Shown: positions 18,206 through 28,497, counted from the first letter of the stretch. The stretch is 64,000 nucleotides of DNA from Gemmatimonadales bacterium (GCA_035637455.1 DASPXE010000093.1:1909-65908), one strand, 5' to 3'. Program-made: numbers and translations. Notes: generated by a model not told the origin, from the sequence alone.

Positions 18206-19633
18206 TTGCTTACCCGTGGGTGGTTCTGCGTCCTCGCCAGCTTGGCGCTCGGGGGGTGCCGGTCCCGAGCGCCCGCGGATCCGTCGTCCCAACTAAAGAC
18301 GCCACAATCAGTTACGCACTCGGCCAGCAGCGGCGCGCGCACCGCCGGGGTAGCGATCCGGGTCGCGGCGCGCGGCGGCACGCCGCGGGCCTACCGCCTC
18401 CCGGATCTGGTCGAGATCCCCAACGCGATCCACGGAAAGCTGCCGGCCGTGGCGGACGTCATCGGCCTCGACCCGGAGTCGGAATTCCTGTTCGTGATGA
18501 CCGACAAGAAAGACGTGCTGTCGCTCGATCTCGGGAGCGGCCGCGTCGACACCGTGGTGACGGCGATCGTGCAGGCGGCCCTCGGCCCCGACGGCACGCT
18601 GTACACGGTGGACGCGAAGCGGCGCGTCGTCTCGCTCGCCCGGCGGGTGCGGTTCGTCTGGCCCCAGCCCCTCGGTGGCGTGCCGCGCGAGCTGTTCGGC
18701 GGCAGCGACCAGCGCCTCGTCGCGGTCGATCCGCCGAAGCTCATCACAGCCGCCGCCGATCAACCGCCCACGAGCCGGACGATCCCGGTGGGGGGCGACG
18801 TCGCGGCGACCCGCTGGGGCGACCTCATCGCCGTCGCGAGCGATTCCGGCGTCCTGCTGATGGACGCGCTCGGGCGACGCGACGCCGCCTTCGTGCCGCT
18901 CGACGACCACCCGCGCGCACTTGTCTTCTCCCCTTCCGGGCACCGCATCTATGTGGCCCGGCGCACCGAGCCGGGGCTCGCCGTGATCGACCGCTACGAG
19001 CGTGCCGAGATCGACGGCGTGGCGCTGCCGACGCCCGCCGCGACGATGCGTCTCGATCCGCTCGGGCGTTGGCTGTTGGCACGCCCGACCGTCGGCGATT
19101 CGGCGTGGGTCGTGGACCTGCCCGTGAAGCGGCTGGTGGGCTCGGTCGCGACCGCGTGGCGCGTGGACCTGCCGGCGATCGCTCCGGATGGCTCGCTGCT
19201 CGTGCGGCAGCGCGACGACGTCGCCGCGTACCGGCCGGATTCCCTGGTCGTCACCGGCCGCGTCAAAGGCGGGGGCGCCGACCAATGGACGCTGACCGCC
19301 TGGCGGCCGCGCGGCAGCTACCGCTCGGCATTCGCCGACGCGTCGGGCCAGCCCGGACAGCCGGCGGTTGGGGGTGGAGCTGGGGGGGCCGCCGACTCGG
19401 TGGCGGGCGAGGGCCTGCTGTACGTCCAGGTGTCGACGTCGCAAAACGAGGCCTGGTCCGGCGAGATGGCCCAGCAGCTCACGCGAGCCGGTTTGGCCGC
19501 CCGCGTGCTGCCGCCGCGGGGGCCGGACGACGGCTACCGCGTCGTGCTCGGCCCGTACCCCACGCGCGCGCAGGCGGAGGCGATCGGGCGAAAGCTCGGT
19601 CGGCCGTACTGGATCTACCAACCCACGCCATGA
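18206..19633 (+). CDS. SPOR-domain lipoprotein
   Basis: Lipobox LALGGC. About 330 aa of beta-rich region. C-terminal SPOR pattern LYVQVSTSQNEAWSGEMAQQL...GYRVVLGPYPTRAQAEAIGRKL. Confidence 0.65.
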   Translation: MLTRGWFCVLASLALGGCRSRAPADPSSQLKTPQSVTHSASSGARTAGVAIRVAARGGTPRAYRLPDLVEIPNAIHGKLPAVADVIGLDPESEFLFVMTDKKDVLSLDLGSGRVDTVVTAIVQAALGPDGTLYTVDAKRRVVSLARRVRFVWPQPLGGVPRELFGGSDQRLVAVDPPKLITAAADQPPTSRTIPVGGDVAATRWGDLIAVASDSGVLLMDALGRRDAAFVPLDDHPRALVFSPSGHRIYVARRTEPGLAVIDRYERAEIDGVALPTPAATMRLDPLGRWLLARPTVGDSAWVVDLPVKRLVGSVATAWRVDLPAIAPDGSLLVRQRDDVAAYRPDSLVVTGRVKGGGADQWTLTAWRPRGSYRSAFADASGQPGQPAVGGGAGGAADSVAGEGLLYVQVSTSQNEAWSGEMAQQLTRAGLAARVLPPRGPDDGYRVVLGPYPTRAQAEAIGRKLGRPYWIYQPTP

Positions 19634-20940
19634 GCGCCCGACCACTCCCGCGCTCGCGTCTCGACAATCTGATCCCTCCGCTCGTCGACGGGCAGGCGCT
19701 GGTCGCCCTCGTGCCCGCCACCGGCGACCTGAGGTGGGCCGCGGCGGCCGCCTGGGACGTGGCGCGCGCGGCGGCGCTGCACGGGCGCCGCGTCGCGCTC
19801 GTCGATCTCTGGATCGAAGACCCCACGCTGCACGAGGTGGCGGGGCTCACGCCCACCGAAGGCATCGTCGACGCGTTCGAATACGGCGTGTCGCTGACGA
19901 AGACCGCTCACGAGGTCGACCACGTCTTTTTCATCGCGGCGGGCGCGTACACGGCGCATCCGGGCGAGCTGTTCGGACACGAGCGGTGGAAGAAGCTGCA
20001 CGGCGGGTTCCGCGTGGAGGGCGCGCTGCTGCTGCTTTATCTCTCGGCGGGCGGGCTCGCCCGCCTGTCGGCCGTGCCGGACGGTCTGATCGTGCTCTCA
20101 CCGGACGGCTTTGAGCCGGAGTCTTCCATCGGCCAAGGGATCACCGCCGCGCTCGAGCGCGGCATCCCGCTGGTCGGCGTGGTACGCGAGCACTGGACGC
20201 CGGCACCGGGCCCGGCGCGGGATCTCCGCGCACTGGCCGCCCCCTCGAGGGCGTCGCGTCCCCTGCCGCTGCCGCATCCGGCCAGGCGGGCCGCGAACCG
20301 CCGCACCCGACCCGTCCTGGTTGCGGCGACGCTGGTCGCGGGGGCGGCAGGAGGCTGGGCGCTGTTCACCACGGGCGGGGAGTCCATCCGGGCCAGCGGC
20401 GCCGAGCATCGCGCCGCCTCCCCGACGCCCGTCCCGCCGCGCGTGCGCCCGACCGCCGCCCCGGCGCCCCGGCTGGACTCGCTCCCCTGGGCCGTGCAGC
20501 TCGCAGCCTACGCCAGCGTCGATAAGGCACTCGCCCTGGCTGATCGTCTCGCGACGCACGACCACTTGCCGGCCTTCGTGACGCCGGTCGCGCTGGAGGG
20601 GCGGCGGGGAGGGGGCGCGGCCGTCTGGTATCGCGTGCTCGCGGGCGCCTTCGCGACGCGCGACTCCGCTGCCGCGACGCGCGCCGCGTTGTGGGCGAGC
20701 GGCCTGGCCCCGAAGGGCCAGGGCGACGTGCTGCGGGCGCCGTACTCCTTCGCGCTCGCCCAAACGGGGCGGCCCGATCGCCTGCGCGCCCGCGGCATTC
20801 CGGCGGTCCCGTGGGGCGCGGAGGGCGCCCTCCTGGTAGGCGCGTTCGAAACCCCCGACCAGGCGAGCCTCGCCGAGGCGCAGCTCAAGCGCGCCCACGT
20901 TCCGGCCACCCTCGTGACACGAACGAGGACCAGACCATGA
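19630..20940 (+). CDS. bitopic SPOR-domain protein with degenerate MinD/ParA/BY-kinase-like cytoplasmic domain
   Basis: ATG 19630 is internal to ORF 18220..20940 and overlaps the upstream stop (ATGA). RVALVDLWIEDPTLHEVAGL...GIVDAF...GLIVLSPDG...GIPLVGVV follows the P-loop ATPase fold order, but Walker A is replaced by PATGDLRW. TM VLVAATLVAGAAGGWALF. C-terminal SPOR WAVQLAAYASVDKALALADRL...WYRVLAGAFATRDSAAA. Confidence 0.6.
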   Translation: MSARPLPRSRLDNLIPPLVDGQALVALVPATGDLRWAAAAAWDVARAAALHGRRVALVDLWIEDPTLHEVAGLTPTEGIVDAFEYGVSLTKTAHEVDHVFFIAAGAYTAHPGELFGHERWKKLHGGFRVEGALLLLYLSAGGLARLSAVPDGLIVLSPDGFEPESSIGQGITAALERGIPLVGVVREHWTPAPGPARDLRALAAPSRASRPLPLPHPARRAANRRTRPVLVAATLVAGAAGGWALFTTGGESIRASGAEHRAASPTPVPPRVRPTAAPAPRLDSLPWAVQLAAYASVDKALALADRLATHDHLPAFVTPVALEGRRGGGAAVWYRVLAGAFATRDSAAATRAALWASGLAPKGQGDVLRAPYSFALAQTGRPDRLRARGIPAVPWGAEGALLVGAFETPDQASLAEAQLKRAHVPATLVTRTRTRP

Positions 20941-23900
20941 GACTTACCCGACTCGAGCTGTCGGGCTTCAAGTCGTTTGCGGCCACGGTGGAGCTACCGT
21001 TCGACGCGGGCGTCACCGCGATCGTCGGCCCCAACGGGTGCGGTAAGTCGAACATCTCCGACGCGGTGCGCTGGGTGCTGGGCGAGCAGTCGCCCCGCCT
21101 GCTGCGCGGCGGCAAGATGGAGGACGTGATCTTCCAGGGATCGACCGGCCGGCGGCCCGTGAACGTCGCGGAAGTGTCTCTCGTGTTCGACAACTCCGAC
21201 GGCACGCTCCCCCTGGCCTATCAAGAAGTCGTCGTCACGCGCCGGCTGTCCCGCGCCGGCCAGAGCGAATACCTCCTCAACCGCTCGTCCGTCCGCCTCC
21301 GCGACATCCAGGACCTGCTGCGCGGCACGGGCCTCGGCGCGGACGCCGCTGTAGTGATGGAAGCGAAGATGATTGAGGCGCTGCTCTCCGAGAAGGCAGA
21401 GGAGCGCCGGGCGTTGTTCGAGGAGGCGGCGGGGATCGGCCTGTATCGCAACCGGAGGGAAAGCACCGAGCGGCGGCTCGAGGAGACGGCGGCGGATCTG
21501 GCGCGCCTCGAAGACCTGGTCGGCGAGGTGCAGACGCAGGTCCGTTCGCTCGCGCGCCAGCGGGGGAAGGCGGAGCGGTACGGGAAGATGATCGAAGAGC
21601 GTTTCGGCATCGCGCTGACGCTGGTGCGGCGCGAGCTCGAGGACTTCGATCTCGCACTAGGCGACCTGGGCAAGCGGGCCGAACGCCTGGCGGCCACGCT
21701 CCCCGAAGGCCGGGGACGGCTCGGTGCAGCGGAGCACGAGCGCGAGGCACGAGTGCAGGCGCGGCATACGACCGAGGCGCAGCGCACGGAGGTGGAGCGG
21801 CGCCTAGCCGACGCGAAGCTGGAGGTGGGGCGGCTGGAAGGCGACCTGGCGCTCGCCGCTGAGCGCCTGCGCAACGCCGGGCAACGCCGCGCGACGGCCG
21901 GGCAGCGGCGCGGGCAGGAGGAGGCCCGCGTCGTCCAGGCGGAACGGGAGCGGAGCGCGGCCGCGACCGAGTGCGACGCAGCCGAGCGCGACCTCGCATC
22001 GGTCGGGCAGGAGCTGGCCGGCCGCGCCGCGCTGGAGCAAGAGGTCCGCGACCGGCTGCTCGCTCAGCGCACGACGGTGCGCGAGCTGGAGGAGGACCTG
22101 CAGCGCCGAGCGGAGGGGTTCCGGGCATTGGAGGGAGAACGCGCGGCGCTCGAGCGGGAGCGGCTGGAGCTGGGGCAGCAGCTGGCCCAGGCGTCGGGGG
22201 AGCGCGCCGCGCGCGCGGAGGTTGAGTGGGCGGCGACCGCCCAGGCGAGTGGGCGGGCACAGGAGGCGCAGGCGCGGGCGCGGGCGGCGGCGCAGGCGGC
22301 GGAGGAGCTCGAGCACGCGCGGCGGCGCGCGGCCGAGCTCAAGGAGCAGGAGACGCGCGACCGCGCTGCGCAGCGTCAGGCGGAGGAAGCGGTCGCGCAG
22401 GTGACGGCCCGGCGCGACGCGCTCGCCGAGCTCGAGCGCCAGCGGGTCGGCCTCGCCCCGGCTGCCCAAGCGCTGCTCAAGGACAAAGCGCAGTTCGGCG
22501 ACGCGGTGCTGGGCCCGCTCTCGGACTTCGTGCGCACCAGCCGACGTGACGCGCAGCTCGCCGAGCAGTTGCTCGGCGAGTGGCTGCACGCCGTGCTGGT
22601 GCGCGACGAGGACGCCGTGGCAGCGATCCGCCGCTGGCACGAGCAAGCACAGCCGGGGCCGCTCGTGCTGTTGCCGTGTACGCCCGGTCCCCGCCGCGCC
22701 GCCGACGGGCATCCTCTCACGGACGAGTTGCGGGTCGACGGGCCGGCGGCAGCATGGGTGCGTACCCTGCTCGCGGGTCACGAAGTGCTCGACGGCGGGC
22801 GCGCGCTGCGTCGCGCGAACGGCGCGGTGTTTCTCGCCGGCGCCGGGGCCGCCGGCGGGGGGCCGCTCGAGCGGCGCGCCGAGCTCGACGCGCTGACGCA
22901 GGAGTTGGGGGAGACGGAGGCGCGTCGAGGAGCGGCTGCGGGGGCGTTGGGTAAGACGCTCGGGGAGTTGACCGCGGCCGAAGCCGGGTTCGCGGCGGCG
23001 GGAGCAGCGGCGGAGCGGGCCCGCGCGCACGAGCTCGAGGCGGGCGCTCTGAAAGGCGACGCCGAGCGCGCCGCCGCTCACGCACAGCGGGAGGCCGCGG
23101 ACGCGACGGCGCAGGTCGATCGACTCTCGACCCGACTGGCAGAGGTGGAGGCCCGACTTACCGCGCTGCACGGTGAGCTCGAGCGGCACGAGGTCGAACG
23201 GGTGCGGCTCGACGAGCGGCTGGGGGCCGAGCGCGCGCGCCTGATGGAGCTCGAAACACAGCAGGAGGCCGCGCGCGAGCAGCGGGTGCGCTGGCAGGTC
23301 GAGGCCGCCCAGGTGGAGGCGCGTCTCGCCACTGCACGCGAGCGGGCCGCGCGTGCCGGTGGCGACGCGGATGCGGCGCGCCACCAGGGGGCGACCCTCG
23401 CGGAAGAGATCGCGACCATCGACCGCGATACCGCGGCCCTGACCGCCCAGCAGGGCGAGTGGGCGGACGCGCTCAAAGAGCGCCGCCTCGCCCTCGGGAC
23501 GCTCGACACCGCCGCACAGGAGGCCGGGGCCGCGGTGCAACAGGCGGAAGGGCAGGTCGCCCGAGCGGAGGCGGCGCTCGATGAGGCCCGCAGCGGCCTG
23601 GACAGCCTCGGCGCCGAGGAGCACAGGCTCGAGCTCGAGCGCACCGAGATCCTAGGGCGCAAGCGCGGGCTCGTCGAGCGCGTGCAGGCCGAATGGCGCA
23701 AGCCGCTCGACCAATTGCTCGCCGCCGCGCCGGAGGTGCCGGGCGACTTCGAATGGCTGCGCCAGGAAAACGACCGGCTCAAAGCCGCGATCGAGGCCGT
23801 GGGTCCGGTCAACGCACTGGCCGTCGAAGAACACGGCGAGGAGATGAAGCGCCTCGAATTCCTCATGACGCAGCGTGACGATTTGGTGGCTGCGCGTCAG

Positions 23901-24407
23901 TCCCTGCAACAAGCGGCGCGCGAGATCGATCAGACCGCGAAGGGAATGTTCCTCGAGTCGTTCGGCAAGGTGCGCGAGAACTTTCGCTCGGTGTTCCAGA
24001 CGCTGTTCGGCGGCGGCGAGTGCGATGTGCGGCTCGCCAACGAGGACGAGCCGCTCGAGAGCGAGATCGAGATCCACGCGGCGCCGCGCGGCAAGCGCAC
24101 CCAGCGCATCCACCTGCTCTCCTCGGGCGAGCGCACGCTGGTCGCCGTGTCGCTGCTGTTCGCCATCTTCCTCAGCAAACCGAGCCCGTTCTGCCTGCTC
24201 GATGAAGTCGACGCCCCGCTCGACGACGCCAACGTGGGCCGCTACGTGCAGCTGCTCGCCGAGTTCAAGGATCAAACCCAGTTCATCGTCATCACTCACA
24301 ACCCGCGCACCATGCAGGCGGCCGACGCCGTCTACGGCGTCACGATGCAGGAGCCGGGGGTGTCCACGATCGTGGGCGTGCGCCTGGGCCAGATGGAACC
24401 GGTCTAG
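20937..24407 (+). CDS. smc: chromosome segregation protein SMC
   Basis: MRLTRLELSGFKSF...GPNGCGKSN (Walker A), long coiled coils with a hinge, C-terminal LSSGERTL signature and LLDEVDAPLD Walker B. ATG 20937 overlaps the upstream stop. Confidence 0.95.
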   Translation: MRLTRLELSGFKSFAATVELPFDAGVTAIVGPNGCGKSNISDAVRWVLGEQSPRLLRGGKMEDVIFQGSTGRRPVNVAEVSLVFDNSDGTLPLAYQEVVVTRRLSRAGQSEYLLNRSSVRLRDIQDLLRGTGLGADAAVVMEAKMIEALLSEKAEERRALFEEAAGIGLYRNRRESTERRLEETAADLARLEDLVGEVQTQVRSLARQRGKAERYGKMIEERFGIALTLVRRELEDFDLALGDLGKRAERLAATLPEGRGRLGAAEHEREARVQARHTTEAQRTEVERRLADAKLEVGRLEGDLALAAERLRNAGQRRATAGQRRGQEEARVVQAERERSAAATECDAAERDLASVGQELAGRAALEQEVRDRLLAQRTTVRELEEDLQRRAEGFRALEGERAALERERLELGQQLAQASGERAARAEVEWAATAQASGRAQEAQARARAAAQAAEELEHARRRAAELKEQETRDRAAQRQAEEAVAQVTARRDALAELERQRVGLAPAAQALLKDKAQFGDAVLGPLSDFVRTSRRDAQLAEQLLGEWLHAVLVRDEDAVAAIRRWHEQAQPGPLVLLPCTPGPRRAADGHPLTDELRVDGPAAAWVRTLLAGHEVLDGGRALRRANGAVFLAGAGAAGGGPLERRAELDALTQELGETEARRGAAAGALGKTLGELTAAEAGFAAAGAAAERARAHELEAGALKGDAERAAAHAQREAADATAQVDRLSTRLAEVEARLTALHGELERHEVERVRLDERLGAERARLMELETQQEAAREQRVRWQVEAAQVEARLATARERAARAGGDADAARHQGATLAEEIATIDRDTAALTAQQGEWADALKERRLALGTLDTAAQEAGAAVQQAEGQVARAEAALDEARSGLDSLGAEEHRLELERTEILGRKRGLVERVQAEWRKPLDQLLAAAPEVPGDFEWLRQENDRLKAAIEAVGPVNALAVEEHGEEMKRLEFLMTQRDDLVAARQSLQQAAREIDQTAKGMFLESFGKVRENFRSVFQTLFGGGECDVRLANEDEPLESEIEIHAAPRGKRTQRIHLLSSGERTLVAVSLLFAIFLSKPSPFCLLDEVDAPLDDANVGRYVQLLAEFKDQTQFIVITHNPRTMQAADAVYGVTMQEPGVSTIVGVRLGQMEPV

Positions 24408-24413
24408 CCCCGC

Positions 24414-26681
24414 GTGCCACGGTCCATCCGGGCCGCCGCGCTCCTCGCCCTCGCCGCTCCGGCAGGCCTCGCAGCGCAGCGGCCCGCCGTGTCTCCGGTC
24501 CTGCCGCGCGTCTGGCAGCGGGACACGACGCTCACCGTGTGGCTGTTCGTGCAGCCTGCCGTCCCGCTCGAGCGAGCCGCGGCCCGCGCGGCCGCCGCCG
24601 GCGCGCGGGTGCGCGTCCGCAGCCGCTGGCTGCACGCGCTCGGGGTCGACGTGCCTACGGCGGGCCTGCGCGAGCTGGCGCGCGAGGCGCTGCTCCGCCG
24701 CATCCAGCCCGCCGGCCGCTGGCGCCCGGCGCCCGGCCCGGATCCAGCGGCGCAGGCCGCGACCGCCATCGATACTTGCCCCGCGGGCGGGGACCCCACC
24801 TACGGCCCCTCCGAGATGCCCTACCGCCAGCTCGACCTGCGCCCGCTCGCCGACGCCGGGTACGACGCGAGGGGGGTGCGAATCGCCATTCTTGACGGCG
24901 GCTTCAACACCGCGGCTGCGGCGTTCGCGGGCGTCACGGTCACGGCGCAGTACGATTTCGTGTTCGGCGATTCCGTGGTGCGCGATCAGCCCAACGACCA
25001 GCCCGGAGCGCAGTTCCACGGCACCGCGGTGTGGTCGCTCCTCGCGGGACGCGTCCCCGGCCGGCTGCGCGGGGTCGCGCCCGGCGCCGCGTACCTGCTC
25101 GCCAAGACCGAGGACGTACGGTCCGAAACACGGATCGAGGAGCTGAACTACGTGCGCGCGCTGGAGTGGGCCGATTCGATCGGCGTCGACATCGTCTCGT
25201 CCAGCCTCGGCTATCTCGCCTTTGACGATGGCTTCACCTACTCGCCGGCCGATCTGAACGGCCGGGTGGCGGTCACGACCGTGGCGGCCGAGAGCGCCGC
25301 GGCCCACGGCATCCTCGTCGTGACGGCGGCCGGGAACGGGGGCCCACGCTTTCGGACCCTGGTCACGCCCGGGGACGCGGATTCCGTGATCACCGCCGGC
25401 GCGGAGGACTCGCTCGGCGCGCTCGCGAGCTTCTCATCGCGCGGCCCGACTGCGGACGGCCGGGTGAAGCCGGACCTCACCGCGCCCGGCGTGCTCGTCT
25501 GCGTGCTCAGCGCCCCCAATGCCCTCGGCCGGTTCAACGGCACCTCCTTTGCGACGCCGCTGCTCGCCGCTGCCGCGGCGCTCCTCAAGCAGCTCCATCC
25601 CGGTCTTGGGCCCGGCGGGCTCCGTCAAGCGCTGCAAGCCTACGCGGCGAACCACGCCGCGCCCGACAGCCTGCGAGGGTGGGGCCGCCCCGACGTGGCC
25701 GCCAGCGCGGTGTTCCCGACCGCGATCACCCCGCTCACGCCCACCGGGGCGGTGCTGGCGTCGATCACGCCGTCGTTCTCGTGGTCGGTGAGCACCCCCC
25801 CTCCGTACGCCGCCCCGATCACTTACCGCCTCCGCATCGCCCGAGACGCCGCCTTCCTGTACCTCGTCGTCGATACGCTGACGACAGCCACGAGCTACGC
25901 GCTGCGGCGCGCGCTCAAGCCCGGACGGCCGCTGTTCTGGCGGGTCGACGCCACGGCCGCGACGGGCGTCACCGCCACGAGCGGCGCCCTCGGGCCGATC
26001 GTCGTACCGCCCTGGGCCACGCTCACCGCGTTCTCGACGCCGGCCGGCGTGAACACGGCGGAGGTCCAGCCCGTCTTCACCTGGCAGTCGCCCGCAGTGA
26101 GCGCGCCGCCCGGGCCGCTCCGCTACGATTTCACGGTGCGCCGCGCCGGAGCCCAATTCGCGAACAGTCCCGAATTCACCGTCGCGGGCTTGAGCGATAC
26201 GGTATTTCAGCTGCCACGCCCGCTCGAGCGCGACGCGGCGTACGTGTGGTCGCTGATCGTGCACGCCGGAGCCGATACGACCCTCGTGCGAAGCCAGGGC
26301 GTATTCATGGTGGTCGACGGGTCGACTCCGCCGACGACGCTGCTCTATCAGAATTTCCCGAACCCCTTTCCCGCCGACGGACGGGAGGCGACGTGCCTCT
26401 GGTTCGATCTCGCGGTCCCTGCGATCGTGGAGCTCGCCGTGCTCGATCTACGCGGCAACCCGGTGCGGCGCTTCGTGCCAGGGCCCAATTTCCCGGGAAT
26501 TCTTCCCGCCGGCCGTTACGGCCGGAGCGGGCCCGGCGGCCCCACTTGCGATGTGCGTCTCATGTGGGACGGCCGCGCCGACGACGGGCGCGAACTGCCG
26601 CCCGGCGTCTATCTGTACAAGTTGCGGGCGGGGGGGGTAATTCAGTTCAGACGAATCGTGTTTCGGGGGAGGGACCGCTAG
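24414..26681 (+). CDS. secreted S8 (subtilisin-like) serine peptidase with FlgD-Ig/T9SS-type C-terminal domain
   Basis: Signal peptide. Catalytic triad contexts AILDGGF (Asp), HGTAVWS (His) and GTSFATPLLAAAAA (Ser). C-terminal LYQNFPNPFP...VYLYKL tail typical of FlgD-Ig-like sorting domains. Confidence 0.85.
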   Translation: MPRSIRAAALLALAAPAGLAAQRPAVSPVLPRVWQRDTTLTVWLFVQPAVPLERAAARAAAAGARVRVRSRWLHALGVDVPTAGLRELAREALLRRIQPAGRWRPAPGPDPAAQAATAIDTCPAGGDPTYGPSEMPYRQLDLRPLADAGYDARGVRIAILDGGFNTAAAAFAGVTVTAQYDFVFGDSVVRDQPNDQPGAQFHGTAVWSLLAGRVPGRLRGVAPGAAYLLAKTEDVRSETRIEELNYVRALEWADSIGVDIVSSSLGYLAFDDGFTYSPADLNGRVAVTTVAAESAAAHGILVVTAAGNGGPRFRTLVTPGDADSVITAGAEDSLGALASFSSRGPTADGRVKPDLTAPGVLVCVLSAPNALGRFNGTSFATPLLAAAAALLKQLHPGLGPGGLRQALQAYAANHAAPDSLRGWGRPDVAASAVFPTAITPLTPTGAVLASITPSFSWSVSTPPPYAAPITYRLRIARDAAFLYLVVDTLTTATSYALRRALKPGRPLFWRVDATAATGVTATSGALGPIVVPPWATLTAFSTPAGVNTAEVQPVFTWQSPAVSAPPGPLRYDFTVRRAGAQFANSPEFTVAGLSDTVFQLPRPLERDAAYVWSLIVHAGADTTLVRSQGVFMVVDGSTPPTTLLYQNFPNPFPADGREATCLWFDLAVPAIVELAVLDLRGNPVRRFVPGPNFPGILPAGRYGRSGPGGPTCDVRLMWDGRADDGRELPPGVYLYKLRAGGVIQFRRIVFRGRDR

Positions 26682-26685
26682 CGTC

Positions 26686-27453
26686 ATGGAACTGGTCACC
26701 GTAGGAACGGGGACGGTCGCCCCGTCGGCAAGCCGCACGTCGGCGTGTCACTGGGTGAGCCGCGGCCGGCTCAAGATCCTGCTCGACTGCGGCGCGGGGG
26801 CCCTGCACCGGCTCGCCGAGTTCGGGCTGCCGTGGCACCAGGTCACGCACGTGGTGCTGTCGCACTTTCATCCCGACCACTGGGGCGAGTTGCCGATGCT
26901 CGTGTACGCCCTCAAGTACACCACGGTACCGGCCCGCGAGGAGCCCCTCGTGATCCTCGGGCCGCCGGGCGTGGTGCGGCTGATCAAGGCGCTCGCCGAG
27001 GGATACGGCCCCTGGCTGCTCGACCCAGGGTTCCCGATCGGCATCCTCGATGTGCGGGGCGGCGAGCCGTTCCCGCTCGACGCCGATGTGAATCTCGAGA
27101 CCTTCCCGGTGCCGCACACGCCGGAGAGCGTGGCGCTGGCGGTGGCGGCGCCGGAGGGACGGCTCGTCTACACGGGGGACACCGGCCCCTCGAGCCCGCT
27201 CGCCCGCTGGGCGGCGGGCGCCGACCTGCTGCTCGCGGAGTGCTCGCTCCCCGAGGCGATGGCCATGGACATTCATCTCACTCCGGAACGCGCTGGCGAT
27301 CTGGCGCGAGAAGCCGGGGCTCGGCGCCTCGTCTTGACGCACTTCTATCCGCCGGTAGAAACTTCGGACCCGGCACGGGCCGCCGCGGTGCGGTTCAGCG
27401 GGCCGATCGCGGCCGCGCGCGACGGCGACCGGTTTGTCATCGGAGGAGCCTGA
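26686..27453 (+). CDS. MBL-fold metallo-hydrolase (RNase Z/BN-like)
   Basis: LSHFHPDHWGELP (HxHxDH motif), later GDTG and a LTHFYP-type C-terminal His. Confidence 0.75.
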   Translation: MELVTVGTGTVAPSASRTSACHWVSRGRLKILLDCGAGALHRLAEFGLPWHQVTHVVLSHFHPDHWGELPMLVYALKYTTVPAREEPLVILGPPGVVRLIKALAEGYGPWLLDPGFPIGILDVRGGEPFPLDADVNLETFPVPHTPESVALAVAAPEGRLVYTGDTGPSSPLARWAAGADLLLAECSLPEAMAMDIHLTPERAGDLAREAGARRLVLTHFYPPVETSDPARAAAVRFSGPIAAARDGDRFVIGGA

Positions 27454-27456
27454 GCG

Positions 27457-28497
27457 GTGCTGATCGTGATGCGACACGGGGCCACCGACGCAGAGATCCA
27501 GCGCGTCGTCGCCGTCATCGAAGAACTGGGCTACAAGGCCAGCCCGATGCCCGGGGCGCAGCGCACGGCCGTCGGCCTCGTCGGCAACGACGGGCGGGTC
27601 GACGCGTCGCGGCTCGAGGCGCTCCCGGGCGTGCAGGAGATCATCCACGTCTCGAAGCCGTACAAGCAGGTGAGCCGCGAATGGAAGGGCGAAAACACGG
27701 TCGTCCGACTCCCTGGCGGCGTGGCGGTCGGAGGGACGGAGGTGGTGGCGATCGCCGGCCCGTGCTCGGTGGAGTCCGAACGGCAGATCCTCGAGGCGGC
27801 GCGCCTGGTGCGCGAAGCGGGAGCAGTGATCCTGCGCGGCGGGGCCTGGAAGCCTCGCACCTCGCCCTACGCATTCCAGGGGCTCGGCCGGCCCGGTCTC
27901 CAGCTGCTCGCCAAGGCGCGCGACGAGACGGGACTGCTGATCTGCACCGAAGCCATGGACCCCGAAGGGGTGGGATACGTCGCCGACGTCGCCGACATCA
28001 TCCAAATCGGTGCCCGCAACATGCAGAACTCCTCGCTCCTCAAGGCCGCGGGGCGGGCGAAAAAGCCTGTGCTCCTGAAGCGCGGGCTGTCCGCCACGAT
28101 CGAGGAGCTGCTGCTCTCCGCCGAGTACCTGCTGGCCGAGGGGAACCACGCGGTGATCCTGTGCGAGCGGGGCATCCGCGGCTTCGACACCACGACCCGC
28201 AATGTCTTCGACCTCACGGCCATTCCCGTGGTGCACAAGCTGTCGCACTTGCCGATCGTCGCCGACCCATCGCACGGCACCGGGCTGCGGGACAAGGTGA
28301 TCCCGATGGCGCGAGCGGCAGTAGCCGCGGGCGCGGACGGCATCATCGTCGAGGTACATCCCCACCCCGATCAGGCCCTGTCCGACGGCGCGCAATCGCT
28401 CTTCCCTGACCAGTTCGCGCAGCTGATGCGCGAGGTCCGCGTGATCGCGGAAGTGATCGGGCGGCGCGTCGCCGAGCCGGCGTCGGTGGGCGCGTGA
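27457..28497 (+). CDS. aroF: 3-deoxy-7-phosphoheptulonate (DAHP) synthase, type I-beta with N-terminal ferredoxin-like regulatory domain
   Basis: About 70-aa N-terminal ACT-like domain ([19 protein letters not shown]), then GPCSVES...[16 protein letters not shown]...KRG...DPSH of the KDO8P/DAHP synthase I-beta family. Confidence 0.9.
   Translation: MLIVMRHGATDAEIQRVVAVIEELGYKASPMPGAQRTAVGLVGNDGRVDASRLEALPGVQEIIHVSKPYKQVSREWKGENTVVRLPGGVAVGGTEVVAIAGPCSVESERQILEAARLVREAGAVILRGGAWKPRTSPYAFQGLGRPGLQLLAKARDETGLLICTEAMDPEGVGYVADVADIIQIGARNMQNSSLLKAAGRAKKPVLLKRGLSATIEELLLSAEYLLAEGNHAVILCERGIRGFDTTTRNVFDLTAIPVVHKLSHLPIVADPSHGTGLRDKVIPMARAAVAAGADGIIVEVHPHPDQALSDGAQSLFPDQFAQLMREVRVIAEVIGRRVAEPASVGA

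Noticed and set aside
18220-19629. N-terminal 470 codons of ORF 18220..20940
   Set aside because: This part overlaps the SPOR lipoprotein gene in another frame and is Arg/Pro/Gly-rich. The real gene most likely starts at ATG 19630, which overlaps the upstream stop.
21804-23624. 606-aa minus-strand ORF, plus several 80-330-aa ORFs in the same area
   Set aside because: They are antisense or out of frame to smc, whose Walker A, coiled-coil, signature and Walker B order is unambiguous. All are low-complexity Arg/Pro/Gly-rich translations.
23652-25307. 551-aa minus-strand ORF spanning the smc/S8 peptidase junction
   Set aside because: It is antisense to two well-supported plus-strand genes and has no recognisable domain.
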